Made by a program: the position numbers and the translations under genes
The notes under the pieces: model-generated
Seen by the model: only the letters and a program-made list of their open reading frames with translations
What the model was told of the DNA's origin: nothing
Databases searched by the model: none
Part shown: positions 1 to 9,400 of the stretch, piece after piece
Numbering within the stretch: the stretch's first letter is position 1
How the letters are laid out: each line of letters opens with the position of its first letter
IMG/VR virus record: IMGVR_UViG_3300020057_000001
Span: 1-64,000 of that record
Source of the DNA: a virus
Direction: 5' to 3' (one strand)
Length of the DNA stretch: 64,000 bases

Positions 1-293
1 GAGCGAAAAGCCTGAGAATTGTAAGCTTTGGGGTCGGAATGCGGAAGTAAAAACTTAACTACTTTTAAGTGACCATTCTCAGCAGCCGAGCGAAAAGCCT
101 GAGAATTGTAAGCTTTGGGGTCGGAATAAGGGAGCAAAAACTTAACTATTTCTAAGTGCGCTTTGTCAGCAGCCAAGCGAAAAGCCTCGGAATGGGTAGC
201 TTTATCGTTAACTAGACCTGTTTCCACCAATCGCTTTACCGTATCTAGATCACTACGTCTGACTGCGTCCCAAAATTCAGCTCGATAATCCAT
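1..293 (-). CDS. Ankyrin-repeat protein (3' end outside window)
   Basis: Manual translation: MDYRAEFWDAVRRSDLDTVKRLVETGLVNDKATHSEAFRLAADKAHLEIVKFLLPYSDPKAYNSQ...; not in ORF track because truncated. Confidence 0.9.
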   Translation of the reverse strand, partial: MDYRAEFWDAVRRSDLDTVKRLVETGLVNDKATHSEAFRLAADKAHLEIVKFLLPYSDPKAYNSQAFRSAAENGHLKVVKFLLPHSDPKAYNSQAFR

Positions 294-300
294 AATCACC

Positions 301-762
301 TCAGATAAATTGTCTTACCACTTCAGGGTCGGAATGCGGTATTAAAAACTTAACTATTTCTAAGTGACCTTTACTAGCAGCCCAGCGAAGAGCCTGAGAA
401 CCTAGGACTGTAGGGTCGGAGTACGGTAGTAAAAACTTAACCATTTCTAAGTGACCGTTCAAAGCAGCAAAGCAAAAAGCCTCAGATTCACACGCTCGAG
501 GGTCGGAGTATGGTAGCAAAAACTTAACTATTTCTAAGTCCCCATTCTCAGCAGCCCAGCAAAAAGCTTGAGAGCCCTTAGCTTCAGGGTCGGAAAGCGG
601 GAACAAAAACTTAACTATTTCTAAGTGCCCGTTCAAAGCAGCAAAGCGAAAAGCCTGAGAATCATAAACTTTAGGGTCAACTAGACCTGCTTCCAGCAAT
701 CGTTGCACTGTATCTAAATCGCCACTTTTGGCTGCTTGTAAAAATTCAGCTTGATAATTCAT
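301..762 (-). CDS. Ankyrin-repeat protein, 4 internal repeats (153 aa from ATG)
   Basis: AAxxGHLEIVKFLL motifs; ATG 7 nt after the upstream stop, with GAGGTG SD. Confidence 0.92.
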   Translation of the reverse strand: MNYQAEFLQAAKSGDLDTVQRLLEAGLVDPKVYDSQAFRFAALNGHLEIVKFLFPLSDPEAKGSQAFCWAAENGDLEIVKFLLPYSDPRACESEAFCFAALNGHLEMVKFLLPYSDPTVLGSQALRWAASKGHLEIVKFLIPHSDPEVVRQFI

Positions 763-769
763 GGTCACC

Positions 770-1144
770 TCAGATAAATCGTCTTACAACTTCAGGGTCG
801 GTATGGGGTAGTAAAAGCTTAACTACTTCTAAGTGACCATGCTTAGCCGCCCAACGAAAAGCCTCAGAATTTTTAGCTTTAGGGTTAGAGTGCGGAAGTA
901 AAAGCTTAACTATTTCTAAATGACCGTTCGCAGCGGCCCAACGCAAAGCCTGAGAATCTAGGGCTGTAGGGTCAGAGTGCGGAAGTAAAAACTTAACCAT
1001 TTCTAAGTGACCGTTCAAAGCGGCAAAGCAAAAAGCCTCAGAATCTGAGCCTTGAGGGTTGACTAAACATGTTTCCACCAATCGCTTTACTGTATCTAAA
1101 TCCCCACTTTCGACTGCGTCCCAAAATTCAGCTCGATAATTCAT
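770..1144 (-). CDS. Ankyrin-repeat protein, 3 internal repeats (124 aa)
   Basis: Same architecture. Confidence 0.92.
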   Translation of the reverse strand: MNYRAEFWDAVESGDLDTVKRLVETCLVNPQGSDSEAFCFAALNGHLEMVKFLLPHSDPTALDSQALRWAAANGHLEIVKLLLPHSNPKAKNSEAFRWAAKHGHLEVVKLLLPHTDPEVVRRFI

Positions 1145-1151
1145 GGCAACC

Positions 1152-1715
1152 TCAGATAAATTGTCTTACCACTTCAGGGTCGGTATGGGGTAGCAAAAAC
1201 TTAACTATTTCTAAGTGCCCATTCTCAGCAGCAAAGCAAAAAGCCTCAGAATATTTAGCTTTAGGGTCGGAGTGCGGGAGTAAAAACTTAACTATTTCTA
1301 AGTGACCCTTCCAGGCAGCCCAGCAAAAAGCCCGAGAATCTAGGGCTGTAGGGTCGGAGTGCGGGAGTAAAAACTTAACCATTTCTAAATGACCGTTCAA
1401 AGCAGCCAAGCGCAAAGCCTCAGAATCTGAGCCTTTAGGGTCGGAGTGCGGGAGTAAAAACTTAACTACGTTTAAATGACCATTCTCAGCAGCCCAGCAA
1501 AAAGCCTGAGAATCTAGGACCGTAGGGTCGGAGTACGGGAGTAAAAACTGTACTACGTCTAAGTGCCCGTTCAAAGCAGCCCAGCGAAAAGCCTGAAAAT
1601 CATAAACTTCAGGGTCAACTAAACCTGCTTCCACCAATCGTTGCACTGTATCTAAATCGCCACTTTTGACTGCGTCCCAAAATTCAGCGTCACAAAATGC
1701 AGCTTGATACTTCAT
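1152..1715 (-). CDS. Ankyrin-repeat protein, 5 internal repeats; 5-aa insertion in N-cap
   Basis: Same architecture; N-cap YQAAFCDAEFWDA. Confidence 0.92.
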   Translation of the reverse strand: MKYQAAFCDAEFWDAVKSGDLDTVQRLVEAGLVDPEVYDFQAFRWAALNGHLDVVQFLLPYSDPTVLDSQAFCWAAENGHLNVVKFLLPHSDPKGSDSEALRLAALNGHLEMVKFLLPHSDPTALDSRAFCWAAWKGHLEIVKFLLPHSDPKAKYSEAFCFAAENGHLEIVKFLLPHTDPEVVRQFI

Positions 1716-1722
1716 GGTCACC

Positions 1723-2445
1723 TCAGATAAATTGTCTTACCACTTCAGGGTCGGTATGGGGTAGCAAAAACTTAACTATTTCTAAGTGACCCTTCGCAGC
1801 AGCCGAGCGAAAAGCATCAGAATCTGAGCCTTTAGGGTCGGAGTAGGGTAGCAAAAACTTAACTACTTCTAAACGCCCGCTACGGGCAGCCGAGCGCAAA
1901 GCATCAGATTCACACGCCCGAGGGTCGGAGTACGGTACTAAAAACTGTACTACGTCTAAATGACCATTCTCAGCAGCCCAGCGCAAAGCCTCCGAATCGT
2001 AAGCTTTGGGGTCGGAGTAAGGTACTAAAAACTGTACTATTTCTAAGTGCCCATTCTCAGCAGCCAAGCGAAAAGCCGCGGAACCTTGAGCTTTAGGGTC
2101 GGAATGCGGTAGCAAAAACTTAACTACTTCTAAGCGACCGCACCCCGCAGCACGGCGAAAAGCCTGAGAATCGTAAGCTGTAGGGTCGGAATGTGGTAGT
2201 AAAACCTGTACTATTTCTAAATAACCATGGGAAGCAGCCCAACGCAATGCCTGAGATTCTTGCGCTGTAGGGTCGGAATGCGGTAGTAAAAACTGTACTA
2301 TTTCTAAATAACCATGGGAAGCCGCCGACCGCAAAGCCTCGGAATGGGTAGCTTTATCGTTAACTAAACATGTTTCCACCAATCGCTTTACTGTGTCTAG
2401 ATCGCCACTTCTGACTGCTTGTAAAAAACCATGCTGATAATCCAT
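1723..2445 (-). CDS. Ankyrin-repeat protein, 7 internal repeats (240 aa)
   Basis: Same architecture. Confidence 0.92.
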   Translation of the reverse strand: MDYQHGFLQAVRSGDLDTVKRLVETCLVNDKATHSEALRSAASHGYLEIVQFLLPHSDPTAQESQALRWAASHGYLEIVQVLLPHSDPTAYDSQAFRRAAGCGRLEVVKFLLPHSDPKAQGSAAFRLAAENGHLEIVQFLVPYSDPKAYDSEALRWAAENGHLDVVQFLVPYSDPRACESDALRSAARSGRLEVVKFLLPYSDPKGSDSDAFRSAAAKGHLEIVKFLLPHTDPEVVRQFI

Positions 2446-2452
2446 GCGCACC

Positions 2453-2914
2453 TCAGATAAATTGTCTTACCACTTCAGGGTCGGTATGGGGTAGCAAAAA
2501 CTTAACTATTTCTAAGTCCCCATTCTCCGCAGCAAAGCGAAAAGCCTGAGAACCTTTAGCTTTAGGGTCAGAGTATGGTCGCAAAAACTTAACTACTTCT
2601 AAATGACCATTACCGGCAGCAAAGCGAAAAGCCTGAGAATTGTTAGCTTTAGGGTCAGAGTATGGTAGCAAAAACTTAACTACTTCTAAATGACCATTAC
2701 CGGCAGCACGTCGAAAAGCCTCAAAATTGTAAGCTTCAGGGTCGGAATGCGGTAGTAAAAACTTAACCATTTCTAAGTGACCGTGCAAAGCGGCAAAGCA
2801 CAAAGCCTGAGAATGGTGAGCTTTATCGTTAACTAAACATGTTTCCACCAATCGCTTTACTGTGTCTAAATCGCCACTTTCGACTGCGTGCCAAAATTCA
2901 TCTTGATAATCCAT
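2453..2914 (-). CDS. Ankyrin-repeat protein, 4 internal repeats
   Basis: Same architecture. Confidence 0.92.
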   Translation of the reverse strand: MDYQDEFWHAVESGDLDTVKRLVETCLVNDKAHHSQALCFAALHGHLEMVKFLLPHSDPEAYNFEAFRRAAGNGHLEVVKFLLPYSDPKANNSQAFRFAAGNGHLEVVKFLRPYSDPKAKGSQAFRFAAENGDLEIVKFLLPHTDPEVVRQFI

Positions 2915-2921
2915 GGCAACC

Positions 2922-3383
2922 TCAGATAAATTGTCTTACCGCTTTAGGGTCAGAGTACGGTAGTAAAAACTTAACTACTTCTAAATACCCGTTCAAAGCA
3001 GCCCAGCGAAAAGCCTCCGAATCGTAAGCTTTGGGGTCGGAGTATGGTAGTAAAAACTTAACTACTTCTAAATGACCATTCTCAGCAGCAAAGCGAAAAG
3101 CCTGAGAATTGTTAGCTTTAGGGTCGGAGTATGGTAGTAAAAACTTAACTACTTCTAAATGACCATTCTCAGCAGCACGGCGAAAAGCCTGAGAACCATA
3201 AACTTTAGGGTCGGAGTAAGGTATTAAAAACTGTACTACTTCTAAGTGCCCGTTCAAAGCAGCAAAGCGCAAAGCCTCAGAATTGTTAGCTGTAGGGTCA
3301 ACGAGCCTTGTTTCCACCAATCGCTTTACTGTATCTAAATCGCCACTTTCGACTGTGTACCAAAATTCGTCTTGATAATTCAT
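2922..3383 (-). CDS. Ankyrin-repeat protein, 4 internal repeats
   Basis: Same architecture. Confidence 0.92.
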   Translation of the reverse strand: MNYQDEFWYTVESGDLDTVKRLVETRLVDPTANNSEALRFAALNGHLEVVQFLIPYSDPKVYGSQAFRRAAENGHLEVVKFLLPYSDPKANNSQAFRFAAENGHLEVVKFLLPYSDPKAYDSEAFRWAALNGYLEVVKFLLPYSDPKAVRQFI

Positions 3384-3390
3384 GGTCACC

Positions 3391-3939
3391 TCAGATAAAT
3401 TGTCTTACCGCTTTAGGGTCAGAGTGCGGAAGTAAAAATTTAACTACTTCTAAATGACCATTTTCAGCAGCAAAGCGAAAAGCCTCAGAATCTTGAGCTT
3501 TAGGGTCGGAGTAAGGTACTAAAAACTTAACTACTTCTAAATACCCGTTCAAAGCAGCCCAACGAAAAGCCTGAAAACTATAAGCTTTAGGGTCGGAGTA
3601 TGGTAGTAAAAACTTAACTACTTCTAAATGACCATGAGCAGCGGCCCAACGCAAAGCCCCAGAATAGTGAGCTTCAGGGTCGGAGTACGGTAGTAAAAAC
3701 TTAACTACTTCTAAGTGCCCGTTCTCAGCAGCCCAACGAAAAGCCTGAGAGCCCTCAGCTTTAGGGTCAAAGTAAGGTACTAAAAACTGTACTATTTCTA
3801 AGTGCCCATTCTCAGCAGCCCTCTGAAACGCGCGAAATTCATCTACAATGTGGTCAACTAAACCTGCTTCCACCAATCGCTTTACCGTAGCCAAATCGCC
3901 ACTTTCGACTGCTTGTGAAAAATCAGCTTGATAATCCAT
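3391..3939 (-). CDS. Ankyrin-repeat protein, 5 internal repeats (first gene of left array)
   Basis: Same architecture; SD-like AAGGTTG upstream. Confidence 0.92.
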   Translation of the reverse strand: MDYQADFSQAVESGDLATVKRLVEAGLVDHIVDEFRAFQRAAENGHLEIVQFLVPYFDPKAEGSQAFRWAAENGHLEVVKFLLPYSDPEAHYSGALRWAAAHGHLEVVKFLLPYSDPKAYSFQAFRWAALNGYLEVVKFLVPYSDPKAQDSEAFRFAAENGHLEVVKFLLPHSDPKAVRQFI

Positions 3940-3972
3940 AAATCTACAACCTTTCGACTTCTTTTTCCACGC

Positions 3973-4431
3973 TCATCTCGTCTCCAAGTAAATCAATCTA
4001 CCAAGAATTACGACTACGGGCGCAAGCCAAAGCAGCAACTGAAGCACGGAATCCGGGCGTAACGCCTCTGTAAACAAATCCCAAAAACCAATGGACTGGA
4101 GCCCGAGGGACACCAAAAAAGAAACGGCGATGAGGCAAGGTATCCAAAATAGTTTGTTATCTTTTTTCACCACCTTTTCCGAAAACCGCTGCGCAACTAC
4201 AATTGTTTTGTTTTCCCAGCCTACCACCTCCGCGCACCAAAATATTTCTCCGTCCCAACACACGTGCGTTCGCTTAGTGCCATCGACTAGTTTTAAGAAT
4301 TCCGGTGGTTCATCAGACCATCGCACCTGAAGCGTGTTACCTACGCGCCGGTAGACGCCCTTACCTTCGCCAAATCCTATCCAGCTATTTACAAACTCAC
4401 TCATCTTCACTCTCTTTCGGTATCCGCTCAT
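3973..4431 (-). CDS. Hypothetical membrane protein
   Basis: Two C-terminal hydrophobic segments; co-directional with neighbours. Confidence 0.6.
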   Translation of the reverse strand: MSGYRKRVKMSEFVNSWIGFGEGKGVYRRVGNTLQVRWSDEPPEFLKLVDGTKRTHVCWDGEIFWCAEVVGWENKTIVVAQRFSEKVVKKDNKLFWIPCLIAVSFLVSLGLQSIGFWDLFTEALRPDSVLQLLLWLAPVVVILGRLIYLETR

Positions 4432-4452
4432 CTTGAATGAATTCGGTGCAAT

Positions 4453-5700
4453 TCATTTTTCGCATTTCCCGCTACTCAGCGGGATTTTAAAATCAAGACT
4501 AAAGTCGCTCGTCGTTGCGGTTAACATTTCTTTCTGACAAATCGCCCTTGAAATCTCAACTATTCGATTTGCCAACTTCCATGCGAGTAAGGGGGGAACA
4601 GCATTTCCAATTGCTTTGTATGATGAAGAGGCGCTTGTGACCCCTACGAATTCAAAGTCATCAGGGAATGTTTGTAGTCGCGCACATTCACGCACAGTGA
4701 GTCGTCGTTGCTGAAATTTTGTCTCTTCCAATTTGTTGTTAATTCCACCATTTTGAGCGGACAAACGACGAAATTCAATGTTTCCATGATGTTCACTTCT
4801 TATTGTTGGAGCAGGCCTATCAATTCTGACTTCAATTTGACCTTGAGAACCATTGTCTAAATATCTACATTTAGAAAAGTGCTGTTGAGATTGATCATCC
4901 GATTGATTAGGTTCATCTAGTCCACTGAATGCATATTTTGTCGTCGGGACTATTCCTTGATTTCCAAGGTGGGACTTATCGGGAAAAAACGATGGCAATT
5001 GTTTTAAAAACACCGCTCTTTCGAAATTTTTTGCGATATCATCGATTCTTACGCCGATTACAATCAGCCTTTCCCGTTTCTGTGGGATACCATATTCGGC
5101 ACAATTGACCAGTTGCCACTGGACTGAATAGCCCAAGTCTTTCAGTCGATTCTTCAAGTCTGAAAAGACGGTACCATTCTCTGCCGAAAGGAGACCTTTC
5201 ACATTCTCAGCAATTATAAATCTTGGCTGGAGCTGCTCAATTGCTTTTAACATATATATATAGAGTGACCCCCTAGACACTTTGCTTGAAGTGTTTATTA
5301 GTCCTGTGTGACTACGATGAGATAACGTGCCTCTTCTTGCCCCAGCAAAACTGAAATCTTGGCAAGGAAATCCTCCCGATACAAGGAATGGCCGCTCGAA
5401 AGACTTTAGCACTTGAGACTCAACTATCTCTACAATACTTTGCGACTCGTACTGCCCTAGCCTACTCCTTTTATTAAAGTATGCCTTATGAATATCCATA
5501 GCTGAAGTACAAATATCATTGATAAATACCGTTTCTATCCCCGTGGATTCAAGCCATATTTTTCTTGTTTTTCCGGTTCTCTTTAAATCCAGATAGCTAC
5601 TAAACGTCTCAAATCCGCCCTCGATCCCCAGATCCATTCCACCACAGCCTGAAAAAAAAGAAAAATGTCTCATTGTGCCTCCATTTGTTTCTTTAGTCAT
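4453..5700 (-). CDS. dcm: DNA (cytosine-5)-methyltransferase, orphan
   Basis: Motifs I FSGCGG, IV GFPCQDFS, VI ENV, VIII QKRER, IX RLTVRECARLQTFPD, X GNAV. Confidence 0.93.
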   Translation of the reverse strand: MTKETNGGTMRHFSFFSGCGGMDLGIEGGFETFSSYLDLKRTGKTRKIWLESTGIETVFINDICTSAMDIHKAYFNKRSRLGQYESQSIVEIVESQVLKSFERPFLVSGGFPCQDFSFAGARRGTLSHRSHTGLINTSSKVSRGSLYIYMLKAIEQLQPRFIIAENVKGLLSAENGTVFSDLKNRLKDLGYSVQWQLVNCAEYGIPQKRERLIVIGVRIDDIAKNFERAVFLKQLPSFFPDKSHLGNQGIVPTTKYAFSGLDEPNQSDDQSQQHFSKCRYLDNGSQGQIEVRIDRPAPTIRSEHHGNIEFRRLSAQNGGINNKLEETKFQQRRLTVRECARLQTFPDDFEFVGVTSASSSYKAIGNAVPPLLAWKLANRIVEISRAICQKEMLTATTSDFSLDFKIPLSSGKCEK

Positions 5701-6043
5701 TATCTTCCACCCAGATTTCTTTCGTTAGCCTATTACCGCTTTCATCGAGTGCTTCAGGCGCATCAAGGTCTATTCTATTGCACCAATAAAAGCTAGCCAA
5801 GTTTAAGTAACAATAATACGTTATCCTTCTCATATTCGGCTTCGCGGGTTGATCGATAGCATCCACTAGAGAGCACGGGTAATCCATGCTGGGCCGCGAC
5901 ATGCGGTGACCTGAGGGCCATTCTTGAAAATATACGACACCATTTTCGCGACGATAATGCCAGACCCATCCAAAAGTATCTCTAAAGCTCTGCATATTAT
6001 ACGGCTTCACTCGCTCTGCAAATTGGCTCCAAGTTTCTTTCAT
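5693..6043 (-). CDS. Hypothetical protein
   Basis: GAGAGG SD; overlaps the MTase start. Confidence 0.6.
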   Translation of the reverse strand: MKETWSQFAERVKPYNMQSFRDTFGWVWHYRRENGVVYFQEWPSGHRMSRPSMDYPCSLVDAIDQPAKPNMRRITYYCYLNLASFYWCNRIDLDAPEALDESGNRLTKEIWVEDND

Positions 6044-6100
6044 CCTACACCTCTCATATGTTGTACAACGTCAGGTCACGCCTACCGTAGCAAAATTAAA

Positions 6101-6271
6101 CTATTTTGGGATTCTTCTTGCTTTCGCCACAGCCCACGTGACGCAGTGAGCTTCGGTGTGGAACATAGCGTCAGACACTTGTTGCCCGTCTTTGAACAAG
6201 CGCACAGTATAGCAGTCGAATCCATGCAATCGAACCGCTTCAATCAAATAACAAAATCCTGGAAAATTCAT
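6101..6271 (-). CDS. Small hypothetical protein (56 aa, MNFPGFCYLIEAV...)
   Basis: Manual ORF with AGGGG SD, just downstream of a sigma28-like promoter. Confidence 0.55.
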   Translation of the reverse strand: MNFPGFCYLIEAVRLHGFDCYTVRLFKDGQQVSDAMFHTEAHCVTWAVAKARRIPK

Positions 6272-6337
6272 AAAATCCCCTATTGTGTGCCAGAGACGCG
6301 GATGGGCATTTGTGGCCCGCGCCTGCCCTTAACCAAT

Positions 6338-6364
6338 GTATCGCCAGCCGACACCAAAACTTTA
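6338..6364 (-). promoter_or_regulatory. sigma28/FliA-like promoter heading the leftward MTase/ankyrin operon
   Basis: TAAA-GTTTTGGTGTCGGCT(15)-GGCGATAC. Confidence 0.7.
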
Positions 6365-6442
6365 GCCTCATTGTAGCTTTTTTGCACAAAATAGGCTACT
6401 CTTTACTCAATTATAAAATTAACCCATCAGGGGGAAATCAAC

Positions 6443-9400
6443 GTGGCTGCACCAATTTCTGTTAAGTCCAAAGACCAACTTCTAGGCGACATGGTTCGTA
6501 CTATCAGCAATCAGACTGATATTACAGACTTTAAGGCAGGAGGCGGCCTTGTCTCTCTTATGGAAGCTATTGCCACTCGGCAGTTTCAGTTCCAAACAGA
6601 GATTCTAAAGATCATCGAAACTTCAGACGTAGACAACCTCGTCGGCTCACGGCTAGACGACCTTGCGGCTTCGATCCTCTTACCCAACAGTACGGGAGGT
6701 GTCGGGCGCAAACCCGCTCTTCCCGCATCAGGGTCGGTCACTATTGGGTCAAACTTTAAAAAAGTAGCAACTCGCTTCTACCAAGGTAAACCTCCCGCAT
6801 TTGCTGGCAGCACAATCTTGTACCTTCAAGACGCATCAGCATTCTCTAACCCCTCGTCTTCTCCTAAAGTCTACTTGGGACGCAACACGCTGGACAACTT
6901 TGAAGGCCCGATTCAATACACTGCTTTAACGAATAACGGGTCGTTCTGGACACTTACGCTCTCGTCTCCTTTGACGAAGAACCATTCGTACAGCGACGAG
7001 ATTGTTTTAGCCCAAGGTGGTAACCGAATCGTACCTGCCAGTACGTCTGTAATAATACAGGCAAAAGACGGACAAGCCCAAATTAATTTCACAACAACCA
7101 CGTCCGTGTCCTTGTTTGATGGCGAAGCCGAAACAAGTGCCTCCGTTGGTTGCGCCTTATCAGGAACGATCGGCAACGCCGCTACAAATGCTATTAATTC
7201 TTTTGTCACGGTTCCTTTCACGGGTGCCACTGTCGCGAACTCGACAGCGTTTGTCGACGGAAGAGACACAGAATCAGACGCAGACCTCCGCCAACGAATC
7301 AAAGACTACCCCGCTACCCTATCCCGTGGAACAGAAGCTTCTATACGCGCAGCCCTTGACGGCCTTGTTGACCCTGTTTCGAACAAAGCGATAACCTCGG
7401 CGTCCCTGATCCGCCCTACTACCTCTGGGGACCCTACCACTATTTATATCGATGATGGCTCGGGACTAGAGCCGACCTTTGGCTATCAGGACTACGAGTT
7501 GCTCTTAGCAAAAGCTTCTGGTCAAGAACAAAGCTTTCGTACAGCCCAAGTACCGGTTACGCCGGTGCTAGTTACAGGTAGTGTCACGGCACCCTTTGAC
7601 TTGAGTGCGGCTTCCACAATAACCATTCTTGTAGATGGCGTCACTATTGCCCTCCAGGTCAACACCGCCAATTACTCAGACATTCGTGCCGCCACTGCGT
7701 ATGAAGTTGTCCGTGACCTTAACACTCAAAGCGCTCTTTTAGCTTGGCGCACGGTGAACAGTGGCAAGCAAGTCACTGTATTCGATGCCAATAACGATGC
7801 CGAAGAGATCGAGGTCACCTCGGGTGTGCTTCAGCAAGCTTTGGGCCTTCCGACAATCACAACACGTAATATTTATCTTTACGTCAACGGTGTTTTAAAT
7901 TCCTTCAAAGGCAAGACAGCAGCCGTAACGACCGACACTTACCCGTGGGTTGGTATGACAAATCCTATTAACTCCTGCCAAGTGTTCATTGACCAAGTGA
8001 CGACCCCCGTAACTTTTTCAATCACCGACGCCGACTTCTCCCCTAACACAGTGGCGAATGCTACACTTACCCAGTGGGCTGCGGTCTTAAGAAAGAAAAT
8101 CCCTGGTGTCTCTATTGTAGTGGTAGAGAACAGACTGCTCATTGCCTCAAACCTTTTACGCTCACCTGATTCGCGTATCCAGGTGGCGGGCGGTCTCGTC
8201 GGGTCAGGCAAAATGTTTGCCGTAGCACAATCAAGCACCGGTGCCACTCGCGATTATGAGTTTAACCGCTTTACGGGCGACATCCGCTTTGTCGACAAGG
8301 TCCCTACAAGTAGCGTCGTTGAGATTGCTTCTACCAAGACACGAGCGTTTGTCTCTTCGCAAGTGGCTTCGACTGGTACGTTCGACTTGACCCCAAGTTC
8401 TCAATTCGGTGTGGGACAGATGTTGGTTGTCACTGACTCCGCAACTACCATTCGCGCCATGGGTATAGCCACTTCTTTAACCGCCACCAATCTTTCAAAC
8501 AATCTGTGTCGACTGACGGATGCTTCAGCCTCGCTTTTCGCTAACGTACAAGCGGGCGACTACATGTACTTCGTTAACAATGTTCTTGCTAACGCTACAC
8601 TAGCTCGCACATCCGACGGTCTCTATTTAGTACGCGCACAGACCGCAACGACAATAACCGTCGAAGCGTCTGACGCGCAGATTACGGCTTTCACCGTGGG
8701 TGGTATCGTTTACTCTACTGGTATGATTCAAGCTTTCTCTTGTGAAAAGGCTCCCGAAATTGCGGTGATTAAGTCCTCAGTTACGGGACAGACGTCTATT
8801 GCGCAGCTTGCAAAAGCCCTTAACGACCAAGCCATCGCCTTTGCAGTCGACACTGTCGGCGGACAACAGCTTCGGTTGCGGACAAGAGCTTTCAGCCCAA
8901 CGTCGACGGTATCCGTTGTAGGTTTAGTCGGACCCCTTGCGTCTGTCTTTACCCTAACAGTAGCTGAACCTATCACCCTCCAGAGCCATGTAGGGTTCTC
9001 GTCTTCACCTTTCTCGGACATGGGGCTTCCGGTTGTCACTAGCGTAATAACCGATAGGGCGACGGCTTTTTTAAAGATTACTCCTGACCTCACAGACGTG
9101 ACAACCAACACGGAACCCTTTGACGTCAACCCCAACCCCGTCATAGTGCAAGACGCTTTGGTTACGAGTTACCCCTTAGGCTTTGGAGAACTTTTCTTGG
9201 CAGGGAAAGCGGGCGGTCAGCGCTTTCGTACATACAATACTACGGGCACAGCACCTTTTACAGGTTTTGCTCGAGGCTCCGGTGGTGTACGCTTTCCTCA
9301 AACTCAGAACACTTCAGCAGGCGCAAACTACTACTCAAACTACGGCTTAAGACTTGAAGATCTCCCTATTACAAACGTAGACAAATTTGTGGCAACGTTT

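Larger units (their letters stand above)
1..3939 (-). repeat. Left ankyrin-gene array: 7 complete genes + 1 truncated by the window edge; 87-bp (29-aa) coding repeat
   Basis: Repeating unit DPKAxxSxAFRxAAxxGHLE(V/I)VKFLLP(Y/H)S; each complete gene ends VRQFI/VRRFI-TGA followed by GGT(G/T)nnnATG. Confidence 0.95.
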
